From NCBI GenBank assembly GCA_964526965.1, contig CAZGML010000003.1, positions 20,775 through 84,774 of the forward strand: a stretch of DNA of 64,000 bases. The letters are read 5' to 3'. The translations under genes and the position numbers were made by a program. The notes beneath the pieces are model-generated. The model worked only from the letters and a program-made list of their open reading frames with translations, searched no databases and had not been told where the DNA came from. Shown here piece by piece: positions 1-10,369 of this stretch (within the stretch, counting starts at the first letter, position 1; each line of letters opens with the position of its first letter). Source of the stretch: an uncultured Sphaerobacteraceae bacterium. GTDB taxonomy: Bacteria > Chloroflexota > Chloroflexia > Thermomicrobiales > UBA6265.

Positions 1-1032
1 CGCATCCTGATCAAGGGTGGAGGTGACCCGGCCTCGGCGGCTCGCGCAATCTTCCAAACAGGCGAGTATGACTTTGGCTGGAACGTTCAGATCGAGCCAG
101 ACCTCGCTGACGAGCTGATTAACGATGACAGCGCCGGCTTTATCGTTGCCGACCCGGGTACCAACGTGGAGCGCATAACGATTCAGTTCGCCGATCCGCA
201 CACAGAGGTCGATGGACAGCGCTCCGAAGTGAACACGCCCAACCCGGTACTGAGTGACAAGGCTATGCGCCAGGCGATTAACCTGTGCATTCCGCGGCAG
301 TTAATTGCCGATGAGTTCTACGGATTCGGCCAGCCACCCACGTCGAACATCCTGGCGGGCCTGGACGACTTCACATCGCCGAATACCACCTGGGAACTCA
401 ACACCGAGAAGGCCGCCCAGATCCTTGAAGAAGCAGGCTGGGAGCTGGATGGCGAGTACCGCGTGAAGGACGGCGTACAAGCACGGGTAACGCTCTCCAC
501 AACCACGGCGTCGGTGCGCCAACGCAGTCAGGTAGTGATCCAGCAGGCGTGCAAGGAAGCCGGCATTGAGGTCCAGCTTATCGAGGTGGACGGCGGTATC
601 TTCTTCGATGCCGGTGCTGGCAACGACCAGAACCTGTTGCACCACTACTGGGACCTGGCAATGTGGGCGACCAACGCCACATCCATCCTGCCGATCACGT
701 ACCTAGAGGCGTGGTCTTCCGGTAATGATCTCGATAACATTCCGCAGAAGTCCAACAACTGGACTGGCGGCAACATCTCACGTTATATCAATCCGGAATA
801 CGATGAGAAGTTCGCCACGTTTAACGATATGACCAGCCTCGAGGAAGCGTTTGAATTGCTTATCGAGTTGAACGACATTCTCATTGAGGATGTAGCGGTC
901 ATGCCGCTGGTCATCCGTTCGGGTGATACCTACGGTATTAGCCGCCGGTTGGTTCCGGATAACGTGGCCATTGGTCCAGGGTTTGAGTTGACCTATTGGA
1001 ACATCGCCAACTGGAACCTTGCAGACGCGTAA
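1..1032 (+). CDS. ABC transporter substrate-binding protein, family 5 (peptide/nickel/opine type), C-terminal part; 5' end outside window
   Basis: Frame 1 is open from nt 1 (RILIKGGGDPASAARAIFQTGEYDFGWN...) and runs into listed ORF 166..1032. Sequence is typical of the C-terminal lobe of DppA/OppA-like binding proteins (NPVLSDKAMRQAINLCIPRQ, AAQILEEAGWELD, RSQVVIQQACKEAGIEV). Truncated by the window edge. Confidence 0.8.
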   Translation, partial: RILIKGGGDPASAARAIFQTGEYDFGWNVQIEPDLADELINDDSAGFIVADPGTNVERITIQFADPHTEVDGQRSEVNTPNPVLSDKAMRQAINLCIPRQLIADEFYGFGQPPTSNILAGLDDFTSPNTTWELNTEKAAQILEEAGWELDGEYRVKDGVQARVTLSTTTASVRQRSQVVIQQACKEAGIEVQLIEVDGGIFFDAGAGNDQNLLHHYWDLAMWATNATSILPITYLEAWSSGNDLDNIPQKSNNWTGGNISRYINPEYDEKFATFNDMTSLEEAFELLIELNDILIEDVAVMPLVIRSGDTYGISRRLVPDNVAIGPGFELTYWNIANWNLADA

Positions 1033-1055
1033 AGCCGCGACGCTGCAGAAGCACG

Positions 1056-1089
1056 AAAGCCCCGGTCCCGTGAGTGGGACCGGGGCTTT
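1056..1089. terminator. GC-rich hairpin between convergent genes (bidirectional terminator candidate)
   Basis: aaagccccggtccc-gtgagt-gggaccggggcttt: 14-bp perfect stem, 6-nt loop, A3 on the left and T3 on the right. Lies between the binding-protein stop (1032) and the TetR stop (1105). Confidence 0.65.
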
Positions 1090-1104
1090 GTGGTTCCTGG
1101 CGGA

Positions 1105-1704
1105 TTAAGTCTCAGGCCCCAGGCCGAGATACGGACCGAGCAACCGACGGAGGAGTGCAAGTGAACTGTCCCCCGCGTTCGTTTCGTGCGGGTCTTCATC
1201 GCTACGGTCGCTGGTGGCCTTCATGATGAGGGCATCAATCAGCTGCGCCATCGCCTCTGGATCAGGCTCACCAAGGTCTGCCAAGGCTTCTTTCAGAGGC
1301 ACCTGAAGCCGAACGTGGAACTCCTTCATCGGTGCCTGGAACTCCTGGGGCGAAATCACCCTGGCCAGCACTTGTGCCACTGCCAATTCTGGACTGGCAA
1401 AGATGGCGATGTTCTCCTCAATGTACGCCCAAACCTTAGCCCCGGAAGTGGGAGCCTCGGCCACGCGCTCGAGAACTCGCTCAATCCAGTCCGGAAAAAC
1501 CTCTGCCGCAACCGCAGTCAGCAACTCCTCCACCGAGGAGAAATACTGATAAACACTACTTCTCGCCAGGCCAGCACGGCTACCAATCGTCCCCATGGAA
1601 GGTGGCTCACCGGTCTCCTCCATCAATCTCCGGGCCGCATCCAGAATTGCGCGAATGCGTTGCGCCCGGTGATCCGCGACGGTAGGTGCATTGATGCGAG
1701 GCAT
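1105..1704 (-). CDS. TetR family transcriptional regulator
   Basis: N-terminal TetR HTH GTIGSRAGLARSSVYQYFSSVEELL. Start moved from listed 1767 to ATG 1704 (MPRINAPTV...). This leaves a 19-nt gap after the upstream ATPase stop instead of a 44-nt overlap. Last gene of the permease-ATPase-TetR unit. Confidence 0.85.
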   Translation of the reverse strand: MPRINAPTVADHRAQRIRAILDAARRLMEETGEPPSMGTIGSRAGLARSSVYQYFSSVEELLTAVAAEVFPDWIERVLERVAEAPTSGAKVWAYIEENIAIFASPELAVAQVLARVISPQEFQAPMKEFHVRLQVPLKEALADLGEPDPEAMAQLIDALIMKATSDRSDEDPHETNAGDSSLALLRRLLGPYLGLGPET

Positions 1705-1723
1705 GACGTACCCCTTCGCATGG

Positions 1724-2410
1724 TCAGACCGCGGCATCACCACCATACGGTGCAAGCTTGCCATCAATCATCTCGAGAACTCTGTCGCAATGATGCAACA
1801 CATGATGATCATGCGTCACCATCACCGTCGCAACTCCGTGCTGGTGGGTCTCATGAGCCAGAATAGCCACCACATCCTGCGACCGTTGACGATCCAGCGC
1901 AGCGGTCGGTTCGTCCACGAGTAGAAGCTGGGGCTTCGTCATCAACGCCCGGGCTATGCCAACGCGTTGCCGCTCACCACCAGAAAGCTCATGCGGCCGA
2001 CGTCGAGCCTTGTGATCAATTCCCACATCCTTCAGGAGTTCCAGAGGGTTACGTGGGTTCTCAACTTTGCCAAATGTCGTTGGCAGGCGCAGTTGATCAA
2101 CTGCCCTCAGGGAAGGAATGAGGTTACCACTCTGGAACACAAACCCAATAGACTCGCGCCGTATTCGAGTGAGGTCACTCAATGACGCTTCTCCCAGGTC
2201 GTGGTCACCGATCCGCACCGCTCCAGATGTCGGCTTCGTCAGCGCCCCACTCACAGCCAGCAAACTCGATTTACCCGCGCCAGATGGACCCACAATCGCA
2301 ACAAGCTCACCCGCAAATACATCAAGCGAAACATCATCCAGTGCGCGTACGGTTTCGTCACCGTCACCATGGAGAAGTGTGACATTGGTGAGGGAAAGAA
2401 CGGGGTTCAT
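1724..2410 (-). CDS. ABC transporter ATP-binding protein (MacB/LolD type)
   Basis: Walker A GPSGAGKSSLL, ABC signature LSGGERQRV, Walker B LLLVDEPTAALD, H-loop TVMVTHD. 4-nt overlap with the upstream permease gene. Confidence 0.93.
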   Translation of the reverse strand: MNPVLSLTNVTLLHGDGDETVRALDDVSLDVFAGELVAIVGPSGAGKSSLLAVSGALTKPTSGAVRIGDHDLGEASLSDLTRIRRESIGFVFQSGNLIPSLRAVDQLRLPTTFGKVENPRNPLELLKDVGIDHKARRRPHELSGGERQRVGIARALMTKPQLLLVDEPTAALDRQRSQDVVAILAHETHQHGVATVMVTHDHHVLHHCDRVLEMIDGKLAPYGGDAAV

Positions 2411-3537
2411 CGGCTACCTCCCAGCGCAGTAAGGGGATCGACTCGGGTAATGCGAACAATGGCCACGCCAGCGCCAATCAGTCCAAGAACAAGCAGAAGT
2501 ACAGTGGCACCGATGATGGGCCCAAACTCCAGCGCAAACGGCATCGGGGTTGAGGCGATTGCCGCTCCAGCGGCCAGGCCGATGGCAATTCCGATTGAAG
2601 CAGACACCACCAGCAGAACAAACGACTGCATCAGGCTATCCCGCAGCAGGTACCCGGTTCCGGCTCCCATTGCCCGCATCACAGCGATCTCAGGACGTCT
2701 CTGAATCGTCAACACGGTAAAGAATGCACCAACAACGAGGGCTGAAATCCCATAAAGGAATGCCTGAATCAGTTGCAATGTGGAGGTTTCGGCTGAATAC
2801 CCGGGCGACGCGTTATAAGAATCTGTACGAGTGATTGATGTCGTACCAGCTGCAGTATCACCAGCGTTCAGGTCGAGGTCAGATCCGCTTTCAGCCTTCA
2901 CCGCCACCGCGGTGATCTCATCATAGACACGATCAGGAACGGTGTCTCCGGGTCGAACTCCCGCCTTTATCTCCTGCCATGTGCCCAAGGATAAATACCC
3001 AATATCAACATGCCCGAATGTGTGCTGGCCCCCCAGAATACCGACGACCTCAAGTTCATAGCCTGTAGGCTGAAGAACCACAACATCACCGATATCAATG
3101 CCTTCCTCGGCAGCGGTTTCACTGATGACGACCTGACCATCGCCGGATAGTGGTGCACCTTCGGCTACGCCAGGATCAATGAACGATCCCTGCTCCACCC
3201 CGAAAAGCGCCAGGTCTATTTCCACTCCCTGATCAGTTTGGGCATTCACCAGCACATTCCCAAACGGGGCGGCGTGCTCCACACCGGGCTGCTCTTCCCA
3301 GGTTTCGACGGCACCGATATCAACAATACTGCGCGAGAACGCAGAACCCTCAGACACGTCTTTCTGAAACGCAAATGACGTGACATCAATCTTCTGCAAT
3401 CCGGATACACCATCCCGGGTGAGCCCAACCGCAAGGCCACTGAGCAAAACCATCAAAATGGCAATGAGGGCTATTACAGAGCCCATAATTACAAAGCGAC
3501 CTCGCTGGAATGCAAGCTCGCGTAAAGCCAGGAACAT
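2407..3537 (-). CDS. ABC transporter permease, FtsX/MacB type
   Basis: N-terminal TM (FVIMGSVIALIAILMVLLSGL), large extracytoplasmic domain and C-terminal FtsX module (FFTVLTIQRRPEIAVMRAMGAGTGYL...). Start moved to ATG 3537 (MFLALRELAF...). The 51 upstream codons of the listed ORF are Cys/Arg/Trp-rich and look non-coding. Confidence 0.85.
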   Translation of the reverse strand: MFLALRELAFQRGRFVIMGSVIALIAILMVLLSGLAVGLTRDGVSGLQKIDVTSFAFQKDVSEGSAFSRSIVDIGAVETWEEQPGVEHAAPFGNVLVNAQTDQGVEIDLALFGVEQGSFIDPGVAEGAPLSGDGQVVISETAAEEGIDIGDVVVLQPTGYELEVVGILGGQHTFGHVDIGYLSLGTWQEIKAGVRPGDTVPDRVYDEITAVAVKAESGSDLDLNAGDTAAGTTSITRTDSYNASPGYSAETSTLQLIQAFLYGISALVVGAFFTVLTIQRRPEIAVMRAMGAGTGYLLRDSLMQSFVLLVVSASIGIAIGLAAGAAIASTPMPFALEFGPIIGATVLLLVLGLIGAGVAIVRITRVDPLTALGGSR

Positions 3538-3660
3538 AATGACAATCTCCAGAGGTACGGAAACTCGTACAACAATACGAGCGCAAGGATACCAACACCC
3601 TGTCGGCAACACAAGGTATTTCCGGCAGGGTTGTCTGTGTCTTGTTCGATAATCCGCAAA

Positions 3661-3698
3661 GAGCAGAAAGGGGCTGGTGCTGTTTGGCACCAGCCCCT
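3661..3698 (-). terminator. Intrinsic terminator downstream of proS
   Basis: On the minus strand: aggggctggtgc-caaaca-gcaccagcccct followed by tttctgctctttg. The stem starts 14 nt after the proS stop. Confidence 0.7.
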
Positions 3699-3712
3699 CA
3701 GGTCAGATTGGT

Positions 3713-5434
3713 CTACGACTTCGGTTCGTACTCGGCAAGCATGTCATTCACCAGGTTCCGAATGTGCTCCACAATTCCATCCTGCGGAATCATGCTGCTC
3801 TCATCCGCAGTTCGCAGGCGCAGCTCCACTTCGCCAGCATCCAAAGTCTTGCGACTGATGCTGAGGCGAATCGGGTTGCCGATGAGGTCGGCGTCATTGA
3901 ACTTCACGCCGGGGCGTTCGTTACGATCGTCATACAACACCTCAACTCCGGCTGCTTCCAGGTCGGCGTACAGTGCATCACAGGCGGCGATTACATCGGC
4001 ATCCTTGCCGATGCTGAGCAACGACACCTGGTACGGCGCGATACTTATCGGCCACTGAATGCCCCGGTCGTCGTGGTACTGCTCCACGGCTGTGGCTGCA
4101 CTTCGTCCTACTCCAATGCCATAAGAACCCATGATGATCGGCAGCGCCTTACCATTCTGATCCAGATAGGTAGCGCCCATCGCCTCGGTGTACCGGGTTC
4201 CGAGCTTGAAGATATTACCCACCTCGATAGCACGGCGGGTAATCATCGGATTAGCGCAGTTCGGGCAGAGATGGCCGGCTGCCGCCGCGGAGATATCTGC
4301 CACGAGATCAGCCTCATAATCGCGCCCGAGATTACTGTTTCGCACGTGGAAACCGTCTTTATTGGCGCCGGCTACCAGGTTGCGGGCGCTCGCAACCGAG
4401 TCATCCACCACCACGGTGGCGCCCTCGACGCCGATTGGACTGGCGTAACCCGGCACAGCCCCAACCGACATGATCTGCTCCGTGGTGGCCGGAATCAGGT
4501 CTGGCACCTGCAGGGCGTTGCGCAGCTTGGTTTCATTCACTTCGAGATCGCCGCGAATGACGACGAAGACGAACTGGTCGCCAGCCATGTAGAACACGGC
4601 CTTGGCTGTCTGGCTTAGCGGGACCTCAAGGTAATCCGCCACACCCTGAATGGTGCTGGCGTTTGGGGTCTCGACTTCTTCCAACGGGAGCATTTCCGCA
4701 TCCGACGCCGGGAACGGCTGGAACGTGGCGACCTCGCGGTTCGCAGCGTAATCGCCGTTCTCGCAGATGAGGATCACGTCCTCACCATGTGGGCTGAAAG
4801 CCATGAACTCTTCGCTCTTGGAACCACCCATCATGCCGACATCAGCACCGACCTTGAGGAAATCGAGTCCGATGCGCGTGAAGATGCGATCATACGCAGC
4901 AGCATGCGCTTCATAGCTTTCCTCGAGGCCCTCTTCATCCATATCGAGGCTGTAGCTGTCTTTCATGGTGAACTCGCGCACGCGGATCAGTCCACCGCGA
5001 GCACGCGGCTCATCTCGCCACTTGCTCTGCAGGTGATACACGATTTGTGGAAGCTGTTTGTAGCTGTTGATATCGGTACGGAGCAGATCGGCGACAACCT
5101 CTTCGTGGGTCATCGCGAGCACCATGTCGCGTCCGGCGCGGTCCTCAAACCGGGCCATCTCTGGTCCGACATCGTGATACCGACCAGTTTCTTTCCAGAT
5201 ATCTGCGGTGTGGACGAACGGCATCAACATTTCCTGCGCGCCGATACGATCCATCTCCTCCCGGATGATGGCTTCCACCTTCTTGATTACGCGATATCCA
5301 AGGGGCATAAGTGAGTAGATTCCCGCACCCAGGGGGCGGATCATCGCGGCGCGCACCATTAATCGGTGGCTGGGGAACTCGGCATCCGCCGGTGCCTCGC
5401 GAACTGTCCGTCCAAAGAGTTTTGCCATACGCAT
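3713..5434 (-). CDS. proS: Proline--tRNA ligase (bacterial type with editing insertion)
   Basis: 573 aa. N-terminus MRMAKLFGRTVREAPADAEFPSHRLMVRAAMIRPLGAGIYSLMPLG is the conserved ProRS start. Class II core motifs present. The length fits the INS-domain-containing bacterial form. Confidence 0.95.
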   Translation of the reverse strand: MRMAKLFGRTVREAPADAEFPSHRLMVRAAMIRPLGAGIYSLMPLGYRVIKKVEAIIREEMDRIGAQEMLMPFVHTADIWKETGRYHDVGPEMARFEDRAGRDMVLAMTHEEVVADLLRTDINSYKQLPQIVYHLQSKWRDEPRARGGLIRVREFTMKDSYSLDMDEEGLEESYEAHAAAYDRIFTRIGLDFLKVGADVGMMGGSKSEEFMAFSPHGEDVILICENGDYAANREVATFQPFPASDAEMLPLEEVETPNASTIQGVADYLEVPLSQTAKAVFYMAGDQFVFVVIRGDLEVNETKLRNALQVPDLIPATTEQIMSVGAVPGYASPIGVEGATVVVDDSVASARNLVAGANKDGFHVRNSNLGRDYEADLVADISAAAAGHLCPNCANPMITRRAIEVGNIFKLGTRYTEAMGATYLDQNGKALPIIMGSYGIGVGRSAATAVEQYHDDRGIQWPISIAPYQVSLLSIGKDADVIAACDALYADLEAAGVEVLYDDRNERPGVKFNDADLIGNPIRLSISRKTLDAGEVELRLRTADESSMIPQDGIVEHIRNLVNDMLAEYEPKS

Positions 5435-5719
5435 GGGTCAGGATATCCTCACGTGCGGGCTGGCTGGCCCACCTACATACCAAATGCACGAGCGTGCAAC
5501 CCCAATAATAGGCGAAAAGACCATTTCGTTGGGAGCGCTGACGGATCCGAAACCCTGCTATAGCCTTCGTGCAAGCAATGGAGAAATGCGGTCACACCTG
5601 TTGGCATGATTGCGCACCCTGCCGTAACCTATTCTCGCCAAGCGAACGAGGAGCCCGCGAGCGAATCAGGTCTTTTGGGTTCGTATTGCGGCAACAGGGG
5701 AAGAGGAGAAGAGGGTTTC

Positions 5720-6655
5720 GTGGAGCGATTGCGCGCGCTAGGCCGTGCCATTTGGCGCGAACGGCTTATGTACATATTCATCCTGCCGGGGGTGTTTTAC
5801 TTTCTCATATTTATCTATCTGCCACTGCTTGGCAATGTCATCGCATTCCAGGATTGGAGCCCATACCGGGCCTCCACCTACGGACCTTTCCTCGGATTCG
5901 TTTCCGGACCGTGGATCGGGCTCGAAAACTTCGCCAAGATGTTTTCCGACCCCGACTTCCAGATTGCGCTTACCAATACCATTCAAATCGAAGTGCTCAG
6001 GCTGATATTTGCATTCCCGGCGCCGTTGCTGCTTGCCCTGCTGTTGAACAGCATGGTGAGCGAGAAACTGAAGCGCACGATGCAGACGATCGTGTACCTC
6101 CCCCACTTCCTTAGCTGGGTGATTGTTATTTCCATCTGGCGACAGGTGTTCGGCGGAGCCGGTGTCGTAAATGACATTCTCTACCGCCTGGACATGGAAC
6201 CAATCAACATCATGACCAACCCTGATACGTTCATCGCACTGGTGATCTCTCAGGGTATCTGGAAGGAGGCTGGCTGGGGAACCATAATCTTCCTCGCCGC
6301 CCTCACCAAGGTGGAGTTGCAATTATATGAAGCCGCCGTGGTCGACGGTGCTGGTGGCTTCAGGCGCCTCCTCGACGTCACCCTGCCGGCGATCCGGCCT
6401 GTGGTTATCCTGTTGCTGATCCTCACCATGGGCAACATGTTTACCGTGGGCTTCGAACAGTTCTACCTGCAGCGTCAGGCTGTCGGGAAAGAAGCATCGG
6501 AGGTGCTGGATACGTTCAGCTACTTCCGTGGTATTCAGGCCGGGGATTATGGATTCGCGACAGCAGTCGACCTGGTAAAGAGCGTGGTGGGCTTCATTCT
6601 CATCATTAGCGCGAACTGGTTAGCCAAGCGGTTTGGTGGCGAGGGGATTATCTAA
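5720..6655 (+). CDS. Sugar ABC transporter permease (LplB/MalF-like, CUT1 family)
   Basis: Multi-TM protein with EAA-loop region LYEAAVVDGAGGFRRLLDVTLPAIRP. Start set to GTG 5720, preceded by GGAGAAGAGGG. The listed ATG 5606 would add 38 hydrophilic residues. Start uncertain. Confidence 0.85.
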   Translation: MERLRALGRAIWRERLMYIFILPGVFYFLIFIYLPLLGNVIAFQDWSPYRASTYGPFLGFVSGPWIGLENFAKMFSDPDFQIALTNTIQIEVLRLIFAFPAPLLLALLLNSMVSEKLKRTMQTIVYLPHFLSWVIVISIWRQVFGGAGVVNDILYRLDMEPINIMTNPDTFIALVISQGIWKEAGWGTIIFLAALTKVELQLYEAAVVDGAGGFRRLLDVTLPAIRPVVILLLILTMGNMFTVGFEQFYLQRQAVGKEASEVLDTFSYFRGIQAGDYGFATAVDLVKSVVGFILIISANWLAKRFGGEGII

Positions 6656-7617
6656 TGGAAACGACCAAAGCCTCTGACGTATTCGTAAAAGCGACTGCTA
6701 CCAAAAAGCGCAGCAGGCTCAGCAGGTTCCGCAAAAAGCAAGCGGTCTGGATGGAAGATACGCCCATCTGGATGTCTGTTGGCAAGGGAGTACTGCTGCT
6801 TTTCATCGCGATAGTGATGGTGTTCCCGTTTATGAACGTGATTGCCACCAGCCTCACTTCGCAGGAAAACCTCACCTCGGGAGGATTCACGCTGTGGCCA
6901 AGTGAGCCAACGCTGGATTCCTACCGGGCCCTGCTTAACGGCGGTATCGTGCTGCGATCCCTGCAGGTTACAGCCCTGCTGACGATCGTTGGCACCTTCA
7001 TTCAGGTGGCCTTCACCACCATGATGGCGTATGGGCTTTCCAAACCGGGCGTGCCGGGATCGAAGTTCTTCTTCATGCTGGTGTTGATCGCGTTCATGTT
7101 CGCACCGGGTCTTATCCCGCGCTACTTGCTGGTGAAGGAAGTGGGCCTGCTGGATACGTTTGCGTCCCTGGTGATTCCGGGCCTGATAGGTGCATGGAAC
7201 CTGATCATCGCCCGCAACTTCTTCCAGAACCTTCCCCAGGACCTGCTCGATGCTGCCCGCATTGATGGCGCATCTGATATCGGGGTATTCCGTCACGTAG
7301 CCCTGCCTCTTTCGAAGGCTGTTATTGCCGTGATCTCGCTGTTCAGCGGTGTTGCGCTCTGGAACACGTTCTTCGCGGCAGTGCTCTACATCACGGATTC
7401 AACCAAGTGGCCGATTCAGGTGGTGCTCCGCCAGTACGTGATTTCGTCCAGTCCGATCACCTCGGCGGCGGACCTGCCGCCCGGAGCCGATGCCCCACCA
7501 ACGATCGCGCTTCAAATGGCGATGGTTGTGTTGGCAACGTTACCGATTCTGCTGGTGTATCCGTTCCTGCAGAAGTACTTCGCCAAGGGTGTCATCACCG
7601 GCGCGATTAAGGGATAA
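6655..7617 (+). CDS. Sugar ABC transporter permease (LplC/MalG-like, CUT1 family)
   Basis: EAA loop ARIDGASDIGVFRHVALPLSK and 6 hydrophobic segments. The ATG overlaps the TAA of the upstream permease by 1 nt (TAATG). Confidence 0.9.
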   Translation: METTKASDVFVKATATKKRSRLSRFRKKQAVWMEDTPIWMSVGKGVLLLFIAIVMVFPFMNVIATSLTSQENLTSGGFTLWPSEPTLDSYRALLNGGIVLRSLQVTALLTIVGTFIQVAFTTMMAYGLSKPGVPGSKFFFMLVLIAFMFAPGLIPRYLLVKEVGLLDTFASLVIPGLIGAWNLIIARNFFQNLPQDLLDAARIDGASDIGVFRHVALPLSKAVIAVISLFSGVALWNTFFAAVLYITDSTKWPIQVVLRQYVISSSPITSAADLPPGADAPPTIALQMAMVVLATLPILLVYPFLQKYFAKGVITGAIKG

Positions 7618-7650
7618 ACCTCCGAGGACTAATTGCTCAGACTCGAAGAC

Positions 7651-7680
7651 AAGCGGCGATGGTAGATATCATCGCCGCTT
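7651..7680 (+). terminator. Hairpin downstream of the permease pair
   Basis: aagcggcgat-ggtagatatc-atcgccgctt: 10-bp perfect stem. No clear T tract follows (gtgtgtg). Confidence 0.5.
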
Positions 7681-7827
7681 GTGTGTGCACTACAAAAGCA
7701 ATCCGAACCCCGGTCAAAGCCGTAGGCCCTGGTAATGCCACCCGGCGGAAGGGTGAACGTGCCATGACATCAATACCGGCAAACGGATCTTGCTACAGAT
7801 GCAGCTGCTGATTCGAGACTCCTTATC

Positions 7828-9579
7828 GTGAACCGCAACCAACGCTTTAATCGCCTCCTAAGCCGACGCTCAGCACTAACCGGTGGACTGGCGGCGGTCG
7901 CCGGAGTGGGCGTAGGAGCAGTACCTGCTCTCAACATTGGGCGGGTGTATCCGGGTATTCAGTACGGCTCTGCGCACCTGGCGGGACAGACGCCTGATGA
8001 AGCCACCGAGGAACTCCGACGAGAGCTCGCCGATTTTGAACAACGCGCCGTCACGTTCACATTCGAGGGTCAAGAGTGGAGCGCCAGCCTGGCCGACATT
8101 GGATTCTCGGTGGACTACGACGAGATGATCTCGCTCGCGATGGCTCACGGTCGATCAAAGGGACCACTGGACCGGTACGAGAAATTCGTGATGCAACGGG
8201 AGCCGGGTGACCTGCCCCTGGTATTGCGAGAGAACCCCACCCGACTCGGCGATTTCCTTCGCGAAGTAGCTACCGAAATCGATATACCAGCAACGAATGC
8301 GAAGTTGGCCAGGGAGGGCACGGAGATCACCGTGATACCCGATGAAGAGGGCCGCAAACTCAATGTCGATACAGCCGTAGCAGAAGCTTTGGAGCACCTC
8401 CGATCTGGTGATCATAGTGTGATAGAACTCTCCACCGACCCAGTAACGCCAGAAGTACGGGCGGATGACCTGGAGAGCGCGCGGGAAGATGCCTGGAAGC
8501 TTGTGGGCGAACCCATCGTTTTCACCCACAACGAACTCGACTATCCCATTACCCCGGAGACCCTGATCACGGCATTGCAGATCGATGATCACAACCAGGC
8601 GTCACTTGATCCTACAGCTCTCCACGAGCGGATTGAAGCAATAACCCAGGCAACACGGCGATCCCCCACCAACGTTATGTTGGGCTGGGATAGCGGCCCC
8701 TATGTTGTGGCGGAAGACCAGGATGGAGAGGAAGTCGATCCCGCGGGGATTGAGGACGCCATTGTCGACCTGGCAACCAAATCCGACCGAACCGGGGCAC
8801 TGCCAATGCGGCCGGTTAAAGCTGAAGCACGAGCCGACAATATCGCCGAACTCGGTATCGAAAGCCACCTCGCCTACGGATCGTCATCCTTCGTTGGCTC
8901 ATCCGCCGCGCGTGCCGAAAATGTGCGCGTGTCTGCCCGCAATATCTCCTACAAGCTGGTCCCACCGGGCGGCACGTTCTCGTACAACGATCTTCAGGGG
9001 CCCATAACCGAAGAACACGGCTATGTTAACGGCACCATCATTTCCGGAAGCTGGGTGGAAAGCGATATCGGTGGCGGTGTTTGCCAGGTTTCCACTACAG
9101 TTTTCCGGGCCGCTGCGAATGCCGGTTTCCGATTCAGCGAATGGAATCCCCATAGTTGGCGGCTTGCCTTCTATGAGGCCGATGGTTCTGACCCAGGCCT
9201 GGATGCTGCCATTTACCAGGCTCCGGATTGGGAACTCGACCTGACATTCACCAATCCGCTCGATTCCTGGCTCCTGCTCGTGGTCACAACAGACGGCGAC
9301 TGGGTCACCGCGCACTTCTATGGAAAGAACCCGGGATGGAATGTGGAAATACACCCGGCACAAGTGAGCGAACCGATCCAACCGGGACCTCCCATCGAGC
9401 GAGAGAACAGTAGCCTGGCCCCCGGCGAGCGACAGATGGTGCAATCTGCCCAGCCCGGATACCTGGTTCGGGTACGGCGAGTCATCACCGAAGCCGATGG
9501 AGAAGTGCTTGCCGATGGTGAGTTCGTAACCGATTACGTCCCACAGGAAGAGGCGTGGGAAGTCGGGCCAGGCGCCTAG
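7828..9579 (+). CDS. VanW family protein (YoaR-like, cell-wall associated)
   Basis: 583 aa with GTG start. N-terminal signal/TM segment (SRRSALTGGLAAVAGVGVGAV). C-terminal VanW domain signature GGVCQVSTTVFRAAANAGFRFSEWNPHSWRLAFYE. Confidence 0.85.
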   Translation: MNRNQRFNRLLSRRSALTGGLAAVAGVGVGAVPALNIGRVYPGIQYGSAHLAGQTPDEATEELRRELADFEQRAVTFTFEGQEWSASLADIGFSVDYDEMISLAMAHGRSKGPLDRYEKFVMQREPGDLPLVLRENPTRLGDFLREVATEIDIPATNAKLAREGTEITVIPDEEGRKLNVDTAVAEALEHLRSGDHSVIELSTDPVTPEVRADDLESAREDAWKLVGEPIVFTHNELDYPITPETLITALQIDDHNQASLDPTALHERIEAITQATRRSPTNVMLGWDSGPYVVAEDQDGEEVDPAGIEDAIVDLATKSDRTGALPMRPVKAEARADNIAELGIESHLAYGSSSFVGSSAARAENVRVSARNISYKLVPPGGTFSYNDLQGPITEEHGYVNGTIISGSWVESDIGGGVCQVSTTVFRAAANAGFRFSEWNPHSWRLAFYEADGSDPGLDAAIYQAPDWELDLTFTNPLDSWLLLVVTTDGDWVTAHFYGKNPGWNVEIHPAQVSEPIQPGPPIERENSSLAPGERQMVQSAQPGYLVRVRRVITEADGEVLADGEFVTDYVPQEEAWEVGPGA

Positions 9580-9602
9580 ACAACAAACACGAGACAAGAC
9601 AA

Positions 9603-9642
9603 ACAGAGCGGCGGAGGTAAGTAGTCACTTCCGCCGCTCTGT
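9603..9642. terminator. Hairpin between convergent VanW and PIG-L genes
   Basis: acagagcggcgga-(14 nt)-tccgccgctctgt: 13-bp perfect stem, no T tract on either side. Confidence 0.5.
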
Positions 9643-9648
9643 CAGTGT

Positions 9649-10356
9649 CTAACCAAGGGATTCCTTGAGGTAGCGTCGGCTGTAGAACGGGCGGTGGTGC
9701 AACAACGCCACGGCGCGATCAACACCGCGTTCGGCACCGCGCATGCGGCTGGCACCGTCGTACCATTGCGCATAGCGGAACGGTGGGTTGGGGCCGGAAA
9801 CCAGGCTGTAGCAGGCTGCAGCCTTCTCGTAGGTCTCCCACACATCGGAGACATCGATATAGGTATCTGGCACGTAGTCTTCTTCGTCTTCCCAGTTCTC
9901 CGCGAAGTAGATACCGCTCACCCAGTGCGCGTCATGTTCGCGTTTGAAGGTACGCAGCCCGGCGAAGAACAGCGAGGCCAACACGTTCTCATAGGTGTTG
10001 GTGTGATCGACGTGGATGCTGCCCTTCCAGTGCGTGAGGATAACGTTTGGCTTGTACTTGCGAATGAGATCCGCAATCTGCCACTGCACTTCTTCATTCA
10101 CTGGCAGTTCGCCATCCAGGTACGGCAGGAACTCGACATCGCTGCCGAGGATTTCGGCTGCCTGCTCAGCTTGCTCGCGCTTGGTGACCGCGTACTCCTC
10201 CGGGCTGATCGTGCGACCACCCTTCTCGCCCAGTGTCATATGCACCAACACGCTCTTCCAGCCGAGATTGTGATGAGCGAGTACAGCTGCACCACCCATC
10301 AGTTCGGCATCGGCGGCGTGGGCGCCAATCACCATGATCGTCTTCTGGTCAGACAT
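9649..10356 (-). CDS. PIG-L/LmbE family deacetylase (variant active-site motif)
   Basis: IMVIGAHAADAELMGGAAVL aligns with the family motif AHPDD-E-x-GG but reads HAAD. The second metal-site motif is present (SIHVDHTNT). 235 aa. Confidence 0.8.
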   Translation of the reverse strand: MSDQKTIMVIGAHAADAELMGGAAVLAHHNLGWKSVLVHMTLGEKGGRTISPEEYAVTKREQAEQAAEILGSDVEFLPYLDGELPVNEEVQWQIADLIRKYKPNVILTHWKGSIHVDHTNTYENVLASLFFAGLRTFKREHDAHWVSGIYFAENWEDEEDYVPDTYIDVSDVWETYEKAAACYSLVSGPNPPFRYAQWYDGASRMRGAERGVDRAVALLHHRPFYSRRYLKESLG

Positions 10357-10369
10357 ATTCAGGATTCTC

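Noticed and set aside
3677-4618. 313-aa plus-strand ORF antisense to proS
   Set aside because: Shadow ORF opposite a well-supported aaRS gene. Its composition is dominated by Arg/His/Gly/Ala.
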